Source: an uncultured Rhodocyclaceae bacterium (GTDB taxonomy: Bacteria; Pseudomonadota; Gammaproteobacteria; Burkholderiales; Rhodocyclaceae). Taken from it: DNA of 64,000 bases. Below are positions 19,188 through 27,712 of this stretch, one piece after another. The stretch is taken from contig CALKIH010000030.1 of NCBI GenBank assembly GCA_937995335.1, positions 30,434 through 94,433 of the forward strand, in the 5' to 3' direction. Within the stretch, counting starts at the first letter, position 1, and each line of letters starts with the position of its first letter. The notes under the pieces are model-generated. The model made no database searches and was not told the DNA's origin. It worked only from the letters and a program-made list of their open reading frames with translations. The position numbers were made by a program, and so were the translations under genes.

Positions 19188-20114
19188 ATGAGTTTCTTTT
19201 TCGAAGTGCTGATCGGCGGACTGCTCTCGGGCGTGCTCTACGCCTTGGTCGCCCTCGGTTTCGTGCTGATCTACAAGGCCTCGGGCGTATTCAACTTTGC
19301 CCAGGGGGCGATGGTGTTCTTCGCCGCGCTGACCTTCGTCGGCTTCCAGGAGGTCCTGCCGGGCTGGACCGGCCTCGAGGCGGGTAGCCGGGCGGTGTTC
19401 TGGCTCGCGTTCGCATTGGCGCTGGCGTCGATGGTGGTGCTCGGCATCCTCACCGAAAAGGTGGTGCTGCGCCCGTTGGTGAACCAGCCGCACATCACCT
19501 TGTTCATGGCCACGATAGGCCTGACCTTCCTGGTCGAAGGCATCGCCCAGGCGATCTGGGGCGCGCATGTTCGCGGGCTCGACCTCGGCATCGCCGACGA
19601 GCCGATCGAATGGGTGCTCGACAGCGCCGACATCATCGTGTCGAAGTTCGATGTGTTCGCCGCATCGCTGGCCGGGGTGCTGGTGGCATCGCTCGCCCTG
19701 TTCTTCCAGTACACCAAGGTCGGACGCGCCCTGCGTGCGGTGGCCGATGATCACCAGGCGGCGCTGTCGATCGGCATTCCGCTGCGCCATATCTGGGCGA
19801 TCGTCTGGTCGGTGGCAGGTTTCGTCGCGCTGATCGCGGGTCTGATCTGGGGTGCGCGCAGCGGGGTGCAGTTCGCGCTGACCTTCACCGCGCTGAAAGC
19901 GTTGCCGGTGCTGATCCTCGGCGGCTTCACCTCGGTGCCGGGGGCGATCGTCGGCGGCTTGATCATCGGCGCGTCCGAGAAGCTGGCCGAAGTCTATATC
20001 GGGCCCTTCGTCGGCGGTGGCATCGAGGGCTGGTTCCCGTACGTGCTTGCGCTGCTGTTCCTGCTGGTGCGGCCGGAAGGATTGTTCGGCGAGAAGCACA
20101 TCGACCGGGTGTGA
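19188..20114 (+). CDS. LIV-type ABC transporter permease, LivH-like
   Basis: 308-aa polytopic protein with a LivH-like N-terminus (...GGLLSGVLYALVALGFVLIYKASGVFNFAQG). Confidence 0.9.
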   Translation: MSFFFEVLIGGLLSGVLYALVALGFVLIYKASGVFNFAQGAMVFFAALTFVGFQEVLPGWTGLEAGSRAVFWLAFALALASMVVLGILTEKVVLRPLVNQPHITLFMATIGLTFLVEGIAQAIWGAHVRGLDLGIADEPIEWVLDSADIIVSKFDVFAASLAGVLVASLALFFQYTKVGRALRAVADDHQAALSIGIPLRHIWAIVWSVAGFVALIAGLIWGARSGVQFALTFTALKALPVLILGGFTSVPGAIVGGLIIGASEKLAEVYIGPFVGGGIEGWFPYVLALLFLLVRPEGLFGEKHIDRV

Positions 20115-20144
20115 GCCTCCGCGCCCGTGGCCTGAGCCCCGGCG

Positions 20145-20174
20145 CCGCCCGCCTCGGGGCCGCCCGCCTCGGGG
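20145..20174. repeat. Perfect tandem duplication of a 15-mer (CCGCCCGCCTCGGGG x2) in the permease-permease spacer
   Basis: Direct reading: 20145-20159 equals 20160-20174. Confidence 0.9.
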
Positions 20175-20228
20175 CGGCCCGGCGGCAGGCGGCGCACTGA
20201 CGGAAACATACAAGTTCGGAGACAACAG

Positions 20229-21296
20229 ATGCTTTATCGTGAAGCCGGCCAGTTCAAGGCCAGTTACCAGGAAGACCAGCAGATCTTCCCGATTCGCCAG
20301 GACCGGGTGGGGATGGCGGTGGTGCTCGCCTTCTTCTTCGTCGCGGTGCCGCTGTTTGCGAACCAGTACTGGCTGCAGGCGATCCTGATCCCGGTGCTGA
20401 TCTTCTCGCTCGCGGCGATCGGCCTCAACATCCTGACCGGCTATGCCGGCCAACTGTCGCTCGGCTCGGCCGCGTTCATGGCGGTGGGCGCATTCGGCGC
20501 CTACAACTTCATGTTGCGCATCGACGGCATGCCCTTCCTGCTCGGCATCCTGCTGGGCGGCCTGTGCGCGGCGCTGGTCGGCGTCGCGTTCGGCCTGCCG
20601 TCGCTGCGGATCAAGGGTTTCTATCTCGCGGTGGCGACGCTCGCGGCGCAGTTCTTCATCGTCTGGGCGCTGGTCAAGTTCCCATGGTTCTCGAACTACT
20701 CTAGTTCGGGCGTGATCTCGGCGCAGCGGGTCGAGATTCTCGGCTACGCGTTCACGACCCCTGAATCCAAGTACCTGCTCACGTTGGCGATCGTGGCCGT
20801 GCTCGCGCTGGTCGCGAAGAACTTGGTGCGCAGCACTACCGGGCGGAGCTGGATGGCAGTGCGCGACATGGACGTGGCCGCGGAGGTGATCGGCATCCGG
20901 CCGATGCGGGCCAAGCTCTCGGCCTTTGCGGTGTCGTCGTTCTATTGTGGGGTGGCCGGGGCGCTGTATGCCTATACTTATCTGGGCACGGTGGAGCCGG
21001 AAGGTTTCAGCCTGGATCTGTCGTTCAGGATACTGTTCATGATCATCATCGGGGGCGTTGGCTCGATCCTGGGATCCTTCCTCGGCGCGGCCTTCATCGT
21101 GCTGTTGCCGATCTTCCTCAACGTTGCGATGCACTCGGTGTTTGGCAGCGCGATGCCTGCAGGACTGGGTTCCAACCTCGAGCTGATCATCTTCGGCGGC
21201 CTGATCATTTTCTTCCTGATCGTCGAACCGCACGGGCTTGCGCGCCTGTGGCAACTGGGCAAGGACAAGCTGCGGTTGTGGCCCTTCCCGCACTGA
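20229..21296 (+). CDS. LIV-type ABC transporter permease, LivM-like
   Basis: 355-aa polytopic protein; ...GYAGQLSLGSAAFMAVGAF... is typical of LivM. Confidence 0.9.
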   Translation: MLYREAGQFKASYQEDQQIFPIRQDRVGMAVVLAFFFVAVPLFANQYWLQAILIPVLIFSLAAIGLNILTGYAGQLSLGSAAFMAVGAFGAYNFMLRIDGMPFLLGILLGGLCAALVGVAFGLPSLRIKGFYLAVATLAAQFFIVWALVKFPWFSNYSSSGVISAQRVEILGYAFTTPESKYLLTLAIVAVLALVAKNLVRSTTGRSWMAVRDMDVAAEVIGIRPMRAKLSAFAVSSFYCGVAGALYAYTYLGTVEPEGFSLDLSFRILFMIIIGGVGSILGSFLGAAFIVLLPIFLNVAMHSVFGSAMPAGLGSNLELIIFGGLIIFFLIVEPHGLARLWQLGKDKLRLWPFPH

Positions 21297-21376
21297 GCGC
21301 GTCCGGCGCCGGGACCAGCGGCCCGCGCCCGCGCGGCAACACGTCGTAGCACACACTAAAGAGAGGAGACACTCAC

Positions 21377-22699
21377 ATGAAACTGAAACAAACCGCACTC
21401 ATCGGCGCCACCATCGCCGGCCTGCTCGCCACCGGTTACGCCGCGGCGCAGGAGCAGTTCATCGGCCTGCCGAGCTATCGCGTCGGCCCCTTCGGTTCGA
21501 ACGGCGCCTCGCTGTACGGTGGCTGGATCGACTACATGGCCATGGTCAACGCCCGTGACGGTGGCGTCAACGGCGTCAAGCTGACCTGGGAGGAATGCGA
21601 AACCGAGTACAACAACGCGCGTGGCGTCGAGTGCTACGAACGCCTGAAGAACAAGGGCCCCACCGGCAACACCGTGTTCCAGCCGCTGTCGACCGGCATC
21701 ACGTACTCGGTGCTTGAAAAGGTCGCGCAGGACAAGATCCCGATGGTCACGATCGGCTATGGCCGCACCGATGCGGCGGACGGCAGCGTGTTCCCGTGGG
21801 TGTTCCCGATGATCACGACCTACTGGTCGCAGGCCTCGGCGATCGTGAACTACATCGGCGAGAAAGTGGGGGGCATGGAGAATCTAAAGGGCAAGCGGAT
21901 CGCCCTGCTGTTCCACGATTCGGCCTACGGTAAGGAGTCGCACGCGATCATCGACAAGCTGGCCGAGAAGCATGGCTTCGAGGTGCAGAAGATCGCGGTT
22001 GCCAACCCGGGCAACGAGCAGCAGGCGCAATGGTTGCAGATCCGCCAGTCCAAGCCTGATTACGTGATCCTGTGGGGCTGGGGGGTGATGAATGCCACCG
22101 CGCTGCGCACCGCGGCTCGGACCGGTTATTCGCGCGACAAGATCGTCGGGGTGTGGTGGTCGGGGTCGGAGGAGGACACGATTCCCGCCGGTGATGCGGC
22201 CAAGGGCTACGTCGCCGCCGGTTTCAACGTCGCCGGTGTCGACTACCCGGTGATCAAGGACATCCAGACCCATGTCTATGCCAAGAACGCCGGCAACCTC
22301 GAAGACAAGAGCCGGGTCGGCAGCGTGCTCTACAACCGTGGCGTGGTGCACGGCATCATCACCGTCGAGGCGATCCGCAAGGCACAGGAGAAATTTGGCG
22401 GAGGCAAGCCGTTGACTGGCGAGCAGGTGCGCTGGGGTTTCGAAAACCTCGACCTGGACAGCGCGAAGCTGGAAGCGCTTGGTGCGGCCGGCTTCATGCC
22501 CGACCTCAAGATCACCTGCGCCGACCACGAAGGCGGTGGCAAGGTCAAGTTCCAACAGTGGGATGGGGCCAAGTGGACGGTGGTGAGCGACTGGGTCGAG
22601 GCCGACCGGCCGCTGGTGCGCGGCATGATCGAGGAGTCGGCGGCCGCATACGCCAAGGAGAAGGGCATTACCCCGCGTGATTGCGCAGCGGAGTCGTAA
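21377..22699 (+). CDS. LIV-type ABC transporter periplasmic substrate-binding protein
   Basis: 440 aa. Signal peptide MKLKQTALIGATIAGLLATGYAAA. AGAGGAGA ribosome-binding site. Confidence 0.88.
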   Translation: MKLKQTALIGATIAGLLATGYAAAQEQFIGLPSYRVGPFGSNGASLYGGWIDYMAMVNARDGGVNGVKLTWEECETEYNNARGVECYERLKNKGPTGNTVFQPLSTGITYSVLEKVAQDKIPMVTIGYGRTDAADGSVFPWVFPMITTYWSQASAIVNYIGEKVGGMENLKGKRIALLFHDSAYGKESHAIIDKLAEKHGFEVQKIAVANPGNEQQAQWLQIRQSKPDYVILWGWGVMNATALRTAARTGYSRDKIVGVWWSGSEEDTIPAGDAAKGYVAAGFNVAGVDYPVIKDIQTHVYAKNAGNLEDKSRVGSVLYNRGVVHGIITVEAIRKAQEKFGGGKPLTGEQVRWGFENLDLDSAKLEALGAAGFMPDLKITCADHEGGGKVKFQQWDGAKWTVVSDWVEADRPLVRGMIEESAAAYAKEKGITPRDCAAES

Positions 22700-22713
22700 T
22701 TTCCGCAGGGGCC

Positions 22714-22736
22714 GCCGGACCCGGGTTGGGTCCGGC
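22714..22736 (+). promoter_or_regulatory. Intercistronic GC hairpin after the second binding-protein gene
   Basis: GCCGGACCC-GGGTT-GGGTCCGGC: a 9-bp stem with no U tract, 15 nt after the stop. Confidence 0.6.
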
Positions 22737-22827
22737 GCGAATCACGAACCGGCGGCCGCTGTGTAGCCGGTGCAGACCCTCCGCCGGCATGGCCGGAGAG
22801 GCGGAATGGAGAGACGAGGCGAGAACC

Positions 22828-23667
22828 ATGACCAACGCAGCCACTGCGGACGCCACTGCCAGCACGGCGCCCTACCTCAGCATCAACAACGTGGAGGTGA
22901 TCTACGATCACGTCATCCTAGTGCTCAAGGGCGTGTCCTTGCAGGTCGAGAAGGGCAGCATCGTGGCACTGCTCGGTGCCAATGGTGCAGGGAAGTCGAC
23001 CACCTTGAAGTCGATCTCGAACCTGCTCGGTGCGGAGCGTGGCGACGTGACCAAGGGCAGCATCGAGTTCAAGGGGCAGCGCGTCGACCAGATGACACCG
23101 AATGATCTCGTCAGGCGTGGCGTGATCCAGGTGATGGAAGGCCGGCATTGTTTCGGCCATCTCACCATCGAGGAAAACCTTCTGACCGGCGCTTATACGC
23201 GCAGCATCTCGCGGGCCGAACTCAAGGACAGTCTCGAGAAGGTTTATCACTACTTCCCGCGCTTGAAGACGCGTCGCACTTCGCAGGCCGGCTACACCTC
23301 GGGCGGCGAGCAGCAGATGTGCGCGATCGGCCGGGCTCTGATGGCCAAACCCGAGATGATCCTGCTCGACGAGCCGTCGATGGGACTTGCGCCGCAGATC
23401 GTCGAAGAGATCTTCGAGATTGTGAAGGATCTCAATGCCAAGGAGCAAGTCAGCTTTCTCCTGGCCGAACAGAACACCATGGTCGCGCTGCGCTACGCCG
23501 ATTTTGGCTACATCCTGGAGAACGGGCGCATCGTGATGGAGGGCGATGCGCACTACCTCTCCACCAACGAGGACGTCAAGGAGTTTTATCTGGGTCTTTC
23601 GAGTGAGGGGCGCAAGAGTTTCCGCGACGTCAAACACTACCGCCGCCGCAAGCGCTGGTTGTCGTGA
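22828..23667 (+). CDS. LIV-type ABC transporter ATP-binding protein, LivF-like
   Basis: ORF 22681..23667 trimmed to ATG 22828 (MTNAATAD...), with GGAGAGACGAGG upstream. Walker A GANGAGKST, signature TSGGEQQM. Confidence 0.88.
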   Translation: MTNAATADATASTAPYLSINNVEVIYDHVILVLKGVSLQVEKGSIVALLGANGAGKSTTLKSISNLLGAERGDVTKGSIEFKGQRVDQMTPNDLVRRGVIQVMEGRHCFGHLTIEENLLTGAYTRSISRAELKDSLEKVYHYFPRLKTRRTSQAGYTSGGEQQMCAIGRALMAKPEMILLDEPSMGLAPQIVEEIFEIVKDLNAKEQVSFLLAEQNTMVALRYADFGYILENGRIVMEGDAHYLSTNEDVKEFYLGLSSEGRKSFRDVKHYRRRKRWLS

Positions 23668-23679
23668 GCGGGGGCGATC

Positions 23680-24915
23680 ATGGCATTCTATGACGATGGA
23701 GAGCAGCGTGACCCGGTTGCGCGGGAGCGCGAGTTGCTCGCCCGCCTGCCGGAGCAGATCGCCCATGCGAAAGCCAGGGCGCCGGCGTTCGCACGTTTGC
23801 TGGGTGACATCGATGCGGTCGCGGTGAATTCCCGCGAGGCGCTCGCCCGTCTGCCGGTGACGCGCAAGTCCGAACTGCTCGAGTTGCAGAAGGCGGCGCG
23901 GCCGTTCGGTGGCTTCGCCGCGGCGCGCTGGGGGGCCGGGTGCCGACGGGTATTTGCGTCGCCGGGACCCCTGTACGAACCGGAAGGTGCGCGGCTCGAC
24001 TACTATCGTCTGGCACGGGCACTGTATGCCGCAGGGTTTCGCGAGGGCGACCTGGTACACAACACCTTTTCGTACCATTTCACGCCGGCTGGATCGATGA
24101 TGGAAACGGCGGCGCATGCGCTCGGCTGCACCGTTTTTCCCGCCGGGGTCGGGCAGACCGAGCAGCAGGTCGCGGCCGTCGCCGACCTCAAACCGAACGC
24201 CTACGTCGGCACGCCGTCGTTCCTGCGCATCATCCTCGACAAGGCGCAGGAGCTCGGCGTGACGCCGAGCTTCACCAAGGCCTTCGTCTCCGGCGAGGCG
24301 TTTCCGCCTAGTCTGCGCGAAGCGTTCGCGGCGAGCGGCATCAGCGCCTCGCAGGCCTACGCGACGGCGGACATCGGCCTGATTGCCTACGAGACCCCCG
24401 CCCGTGAAGGCATGGTGCTCGATGAAGACATTCTGCTGGAGATCGTCCGACCCGGCACCGGCGATCCGGTGGCGGTGGGCGAGGTCGGCGAGGTCGTCGT
24501 CACGACTTTCAATCCGGATTACCCGTTGATCCGCTTCGGTACCGGCGATCTCTCCGCGATCCTGCCCGGCGCCTCGCCTTGCGGCCGCACCAATGTGCGG
24601 ATAAAGGGTTGGATGGGTCGGGCCGACCAGACTACCAAGGTCAAGGGCATGTTCGTGCACCCCGGGCAGATTGCCGAGGTGGTGCGCAGGCACCCCGAGA
24701 TCCGGCGGGCTCGCCTGGTGGTCGACAACCCCGACATGAACGACCGCATGACGCTCCATTGCGAGCTCATGACCGAAGGAGGGGGGGCGCTGGCGGGCGC
24801 GATCGCCGCCAGCATGCGCGAACTCACCAAGCTGCGGGGTGAGGTGGTGTTCAGCGATTCCGGGGCGCTCGCGAACGACGGCAAGGTGATCGATGATGTC
24901 CGCAAATACGAATGA
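23680..24915 (+). CDS. Phenylacetate-CoA ligase-like (PaaK / coenzyme F390 synthetase family) adenylate-forming enzyme
   Basis: 411 aa. N-terminus ...RERELLARLPEQIAHAKARAPAFARLL... and overall length are typical of the PaaK family. Confidence 0.8.
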   Translation: MAFYDDGEQRDPVARERELLARLPEQIAHAKARAPAFARLLGDIDAVAVNSREALARLPVTRKSELLELQKAARPFGGFAAARWGAGCRRVFASPGPLYEPEGARLDYYRLARALYAAGFREGDLVHNTFSYHFTPAGSMMETAAHALGCTVFPAGVGQTEQQVAAVADLKPNAYVGTPSFLRIILDKAQELGVTPSFTKAFVSGEAFPPSLREAFAASGISASQAYATADIGLIAYETPAREGMVLDEDILLEIVRPGTGDPVAVGEVGEVVVTTFNPDYPLIRFGTGDLSAILPGASPCGRTNVRIKGWMGRADQTTKVKGMFVHPGQIAEVVRRHPEIRRARLVVDNPDMNDRMTLHCELMTEGGGALAGAIAASMRELTKLRGEVVFSDSGALANDGKVIDDVRKYE

Positions 24916-24957
24916 ACGTGGCGCGTGCGTCGGTTGCCCTAACCGCGAGGTGAATCA

Positions 24958-26130
24958 ATGAGCGGGCGCGGGCAGCCCCTCGCGGGGGTACGCGTACTGG
25001 ATCTGACGCGCCTGCTGCCGGGCCCGCTCGCCACCCAGCATCTGGCCGACCAGGGGGCCGAAGTCATCAAGGTCGAAGACACCGGCGCGGGCGACTACGC
25101 TCGCAGCATGGGTGCCATGGCCGGTGGCAGCAGCTTCTTCTACCAGATCGTCAATCGCAACAAGAAGAGCTTGCGCCTGGACCTGAAGCACCCGCGCGGA
25201 CACGAGATCCTGATGCGACTCATCGAGGGGGCCGATGTCCTGGTCGAGGGCTTCAGGCCGGGCGTCATGGACAAGCTGGGGCTGGGATACGCAGCCGCAG
25301 AGGCGCGCAATCCGCGCCTGGTGTACTGCAGCATCAGCGGCTATGGGCAGACCGGGCCGTACGCGCTGCGCGCCGGCCACGACATCAACTACATCGGCTA
25401 TGCCGGCGTGCTCGATCAGATCGGCGCTGCCGGCGGTGCACCGGCGATTCCGAACCTGCAGATCGGCGATCTGCTCGGCGGCACCATGAGTGCGGTGGCC
25501 GGCATGATGGTTGTGCTGTTCGATGCGCGGCGAAGCGGGCAGGGGCGCCATGTCGACATCGCGATGACCGATGCAGTGCTCGCGCATGCGATCTTCCCGA
25601 TGGTCGAGGTACTGGCCAATGGAGGGGTACAGCCGCGTGGCGAGGACTTGCTGACCGGCGGGGTGCCGTGCTACGGCGTCTATGAGACCGCGGACGGCCG
25701 CCACATGGCGGTCGGCGCGCTGGAAGAGAAGTTCTGGCATCTGGTTTGCGACACGCTCGGACGGCCCGACTTGAAGCCCTGCCATCTCGAGCGCGGCGAG
25801 CGTGCTGCGGTTGCGCGTGCCGAACTGGCGGCCTTGTTCCGGAGCCGGAACCAGGCCGACTGGGTGGCGCTCTTCGATCGGGTCGATTGCTGCGTCACGC
25901 CGGTGTTGAGGCTCGAGGAGTCGTTGGTCGATCCGCACATCGTCGCGCGCAAGATGGTCATCGAAGTGGATGGCGTGCGCCAGTTCGCATCCCCGATCGG
26001 CTTGCAGGGCGACGCCTGCCGCGCGGCCACGCCCGCGCCAGCGGTGGGGGCCGACACGGATGAGCTGCTGAGCGAGCTGGGTTTCGATCCGCCTGCCATC
26101 GAGGCACTCCGGCGCGAAGGGGTCGTCTGA
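24958..26130 (+). CDS. Family III CoA-transferase (CaiB/BaiF family)
   Basis: 390 aa. N-terminus PLAGVRVLDLTRLLPGPLATQHLADQGAEVIKVE is the family hallmark. Confidence 0.9.
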   Translation: MSGRGQPLAGVRVLDLTRLLPGPLATQHLADQGAEVIKVEDTGAGDYARSMGAMAGGSSFFYQIVNRNKKSLRLDLKHPRGHEILMRLIEGADVLVEGFRPGVMDKLGLGYAAAEARNPRLVYCSISGYGQTGPYALRAGHDINYIGYAGVLDQIGAAGGAPAIPNLQIGDLLGGTMSAVAGMMVVLFDARRSGQGRHVDIAMTDAVLAHAIFPMVEVLANGGVQPRGEDLLTGGVPCYGVYETADGRHMAVGALEEKFWHLVCDTLGRPDLKPCHLERGERAAVARAELAALFRSRNQADWVALFDRVDCCVTPVLRLEESLVDPHIVARKMVIEVDGVRQFASPIGLQGDACRAATPAPAVGADTDELLSELGFDPPAIEALRREGVV

Positions 26131-26225
26131 GCGGGGTATCCCGCCGGTATGGCCCATGGGCGAGGCGGTGCCACGGTGCCGGCGAGGTGTGGCGTTGCGT
26201 CTCGTGCGCCGGCAGGTAGTATGCT

Positions 26226-27137
26226 GTGCCCATGCAAAGCCTCTATCTGCTCCTGCCGGATTTTTCGCTGATTCTCGTCGGCATCGTCCTGCGCCATTAC
26301 CTGCTCGAGGACGAACGTTTCTGGGGCGGTGTCGAAAAACTGGTTTATTTCGTGCTCTTTCCGGCGTTGCTGTTCAGGGCGCTCGCCAGCCTCAGCATCG
26401 AGCCGCTGGCGGCCGTGCCGCTGGTCGTCGGAGCGCTCGGCGTACTCGGCGCGGGGTTCGTGCTGGGTTTGCTTGCGCGCCGGCTGATGGGTTTGAGCGC
26501 GATGGGCTTCGCGTCGCGCTTGCAATGTGCGTACCGATTCAATACCTACATCGGCATGGCGGTGGCCGGCAGTCTGCACGGCGCGGCCGGCATGGCCCTG
26601 ATGGGCGGGGTGTGCGGTGCGATGGTGCCTTTTGCCAACGTCATGGCCGTCGGGTCGATGGTGCGGCACGGACAGGGGGGCATGGTGCGCGAGCTGTTGC
26701 GCAATCCGCTGGTGATCGCGACGCTTGCGGGGCTTGCCTTCAATCTCTCGGGGTTCAGGCTCGCGGTGCCGGTCGATGCCTTCCTGACCCGGCTTGGCGA
26801 TGCCGCGATCGCACTGGGCCTGCTCGCGGTCGGCGCCGCGCTGCGCTGGGGGCGCAGCGACGGCAGCATGCTGGGTGCCACATGGTTGGTCACGGTCAAG
26901 CTGATGCTCCTGCCGGCCGTCGCCTGGGTATTCGGCCGCCAATTGGGGGTCGACGGCGTCGCATTCGATGTGCTGGTGCTGTTCGCTGCGCTGCCCTCGG
27001 CAAGCTCGGCCTACATCTTGGCGATGCGCCTGGGGGGCGATGGGCCCGGTGTGGCGTGGTTGATCTCCGCCACCACGCTGCTGGCCGTGCCGTCGCTGAC
27101 GCTCTGGATCCATTTGTTGGGCAAGGCCGGCAGCTGA
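26226..27137 (+). CDS. AEC (auxin efflux carrier) family permease
   Basis: 303-aa polytopic protein beginning ...LYLLLPDFSLILVGIVLRHY... The two-halves membrane architecture is typical of AEC/MdcF-like transporters. Confidence 0.8.
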   Translation: MPMQSLYLLLPDFSLILVGIVLRHYLLEDERFWGGVEKLVYFVLFPALLFRALASLSIEPLAAVPLVVGALGVLGAGFVLGLLARRLMGLSAMGFASRLQCAYRFNTYIGMAVAGSLHGAAGMALMGGVCGAMVPFANVMAVGSMVRHGQGGMVRELLRNPLVIATLAGLAFNLSGFRLAVPVDAFLTRLGDAAIALGLLAVGAALRWGRSDGSMLGATWLVTVKLMLLPAVAWVFGRQLGVDGVAFDVLVLFAALPSASSAYILAMRLGGDGPGVAWLISATTLLAVPSLTLWIHLLGKAGS

Positions 27138-27156
27138 TGCCGCGCGGCGCCCGGGC

Positions 27157-27591
27157 TTATTTGTCGCCGGTCGCGGCAGGTTTGCGCACGGCGCGCGCGC
27201 GCGCCTTGCTCTCGTCGGTTGCGCTTTCCCGATCACCGCCGCCGGCCGCCTGTTGGCCGGCCATGAAGTTCCATGGCCACATCGCGGCCTGGGCGAACGG
27301 GTTGGCTTCGCTGCCTGCCGGTGCCGCCGCCTTGCCGTCGGCCGGTTGCTGGCTCATCGCCTTGACCGCGGCGAGTGCCGCACGCTGCATTTCGAGGCCC
27401 TGTATGGTCATCTGCAGCATGCTGGTGTTCATCTTGAGCCAGTTTTCGACAGCCTTCATGTCGGTGATGCGCTTGTCGAGTTCGTCGATGTCGAGGGTTG
27501 GTGCAACCATGCCCGGCAGGGAAAAGCCCATGTTGTTCCACATGCCCCGCACGAAGTCGAGTGGGTCATTGGCGGATTTATCCTGTGTCAT
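27157..27591 (-). CDS. PhaM-like polyhydroxyalkanoate granule-associated protein
   Basis: ORF 27157..27630 trimmed to ATG 27591, with GGAG 8 nt upstream. The core DPLDFVRGMWNNMGFSLPGMVAPTLDIDELDKRITDMKAVENWLKMNTSMLQMTIQGLEMQ matches my recollection of the PhaM family. Short basic Ala/Lys/Arg tail. Confidence 0.6.
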   Translation of the reverse strand: MTQDKSANDPLDFVRGMWNNMGFSLPGMVAPTLDIDELDKRITDMKAVENWLKMNTSMLQMTIQGLEMQRAALAAVKAMSQQPADGKAAAPAGSEANPFAQAAMWPWNFMAGQQAAGGGDRESATDESKARARAVRKPAATGDK

Positions 27592-27628
27592 GCTTGCGTC
27601 TCCCGGTCCATGTTGATCAAGCTTCATC

Positions 27629-27647
27629 ATAATACGGAACAGGTTCC
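27629..27647 (-). promoter_or_regulatory. Candidate promoter -10 (TATTAT) with adjacent palindrome GGAAC-NN-GTTCC upstream of the PhaM-like gene
   Basis: On the minus strand, TATTAT is at 27634-27629. The 5-2-5 palindrome is at 27636-27647. Confidence 0.4.
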
Positions 27648-27712
27648 CGTGCCGATGTTGCGGTCATTTCGGGTTTGCCACCCGCCATTCCGTCGACGGG
27701 CGGATCCATGCT

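Noticed and set aside
20017-20388. ORF translating the GC-rich tandem repeat (..PRGRPPRGGP..), or a mini-CRISPR reading of the repeat.
   Set aside because: There are only two abutting 15-mers with no spacers and no cas genes. The ORF overlaps the real LivM-like start in another frame.
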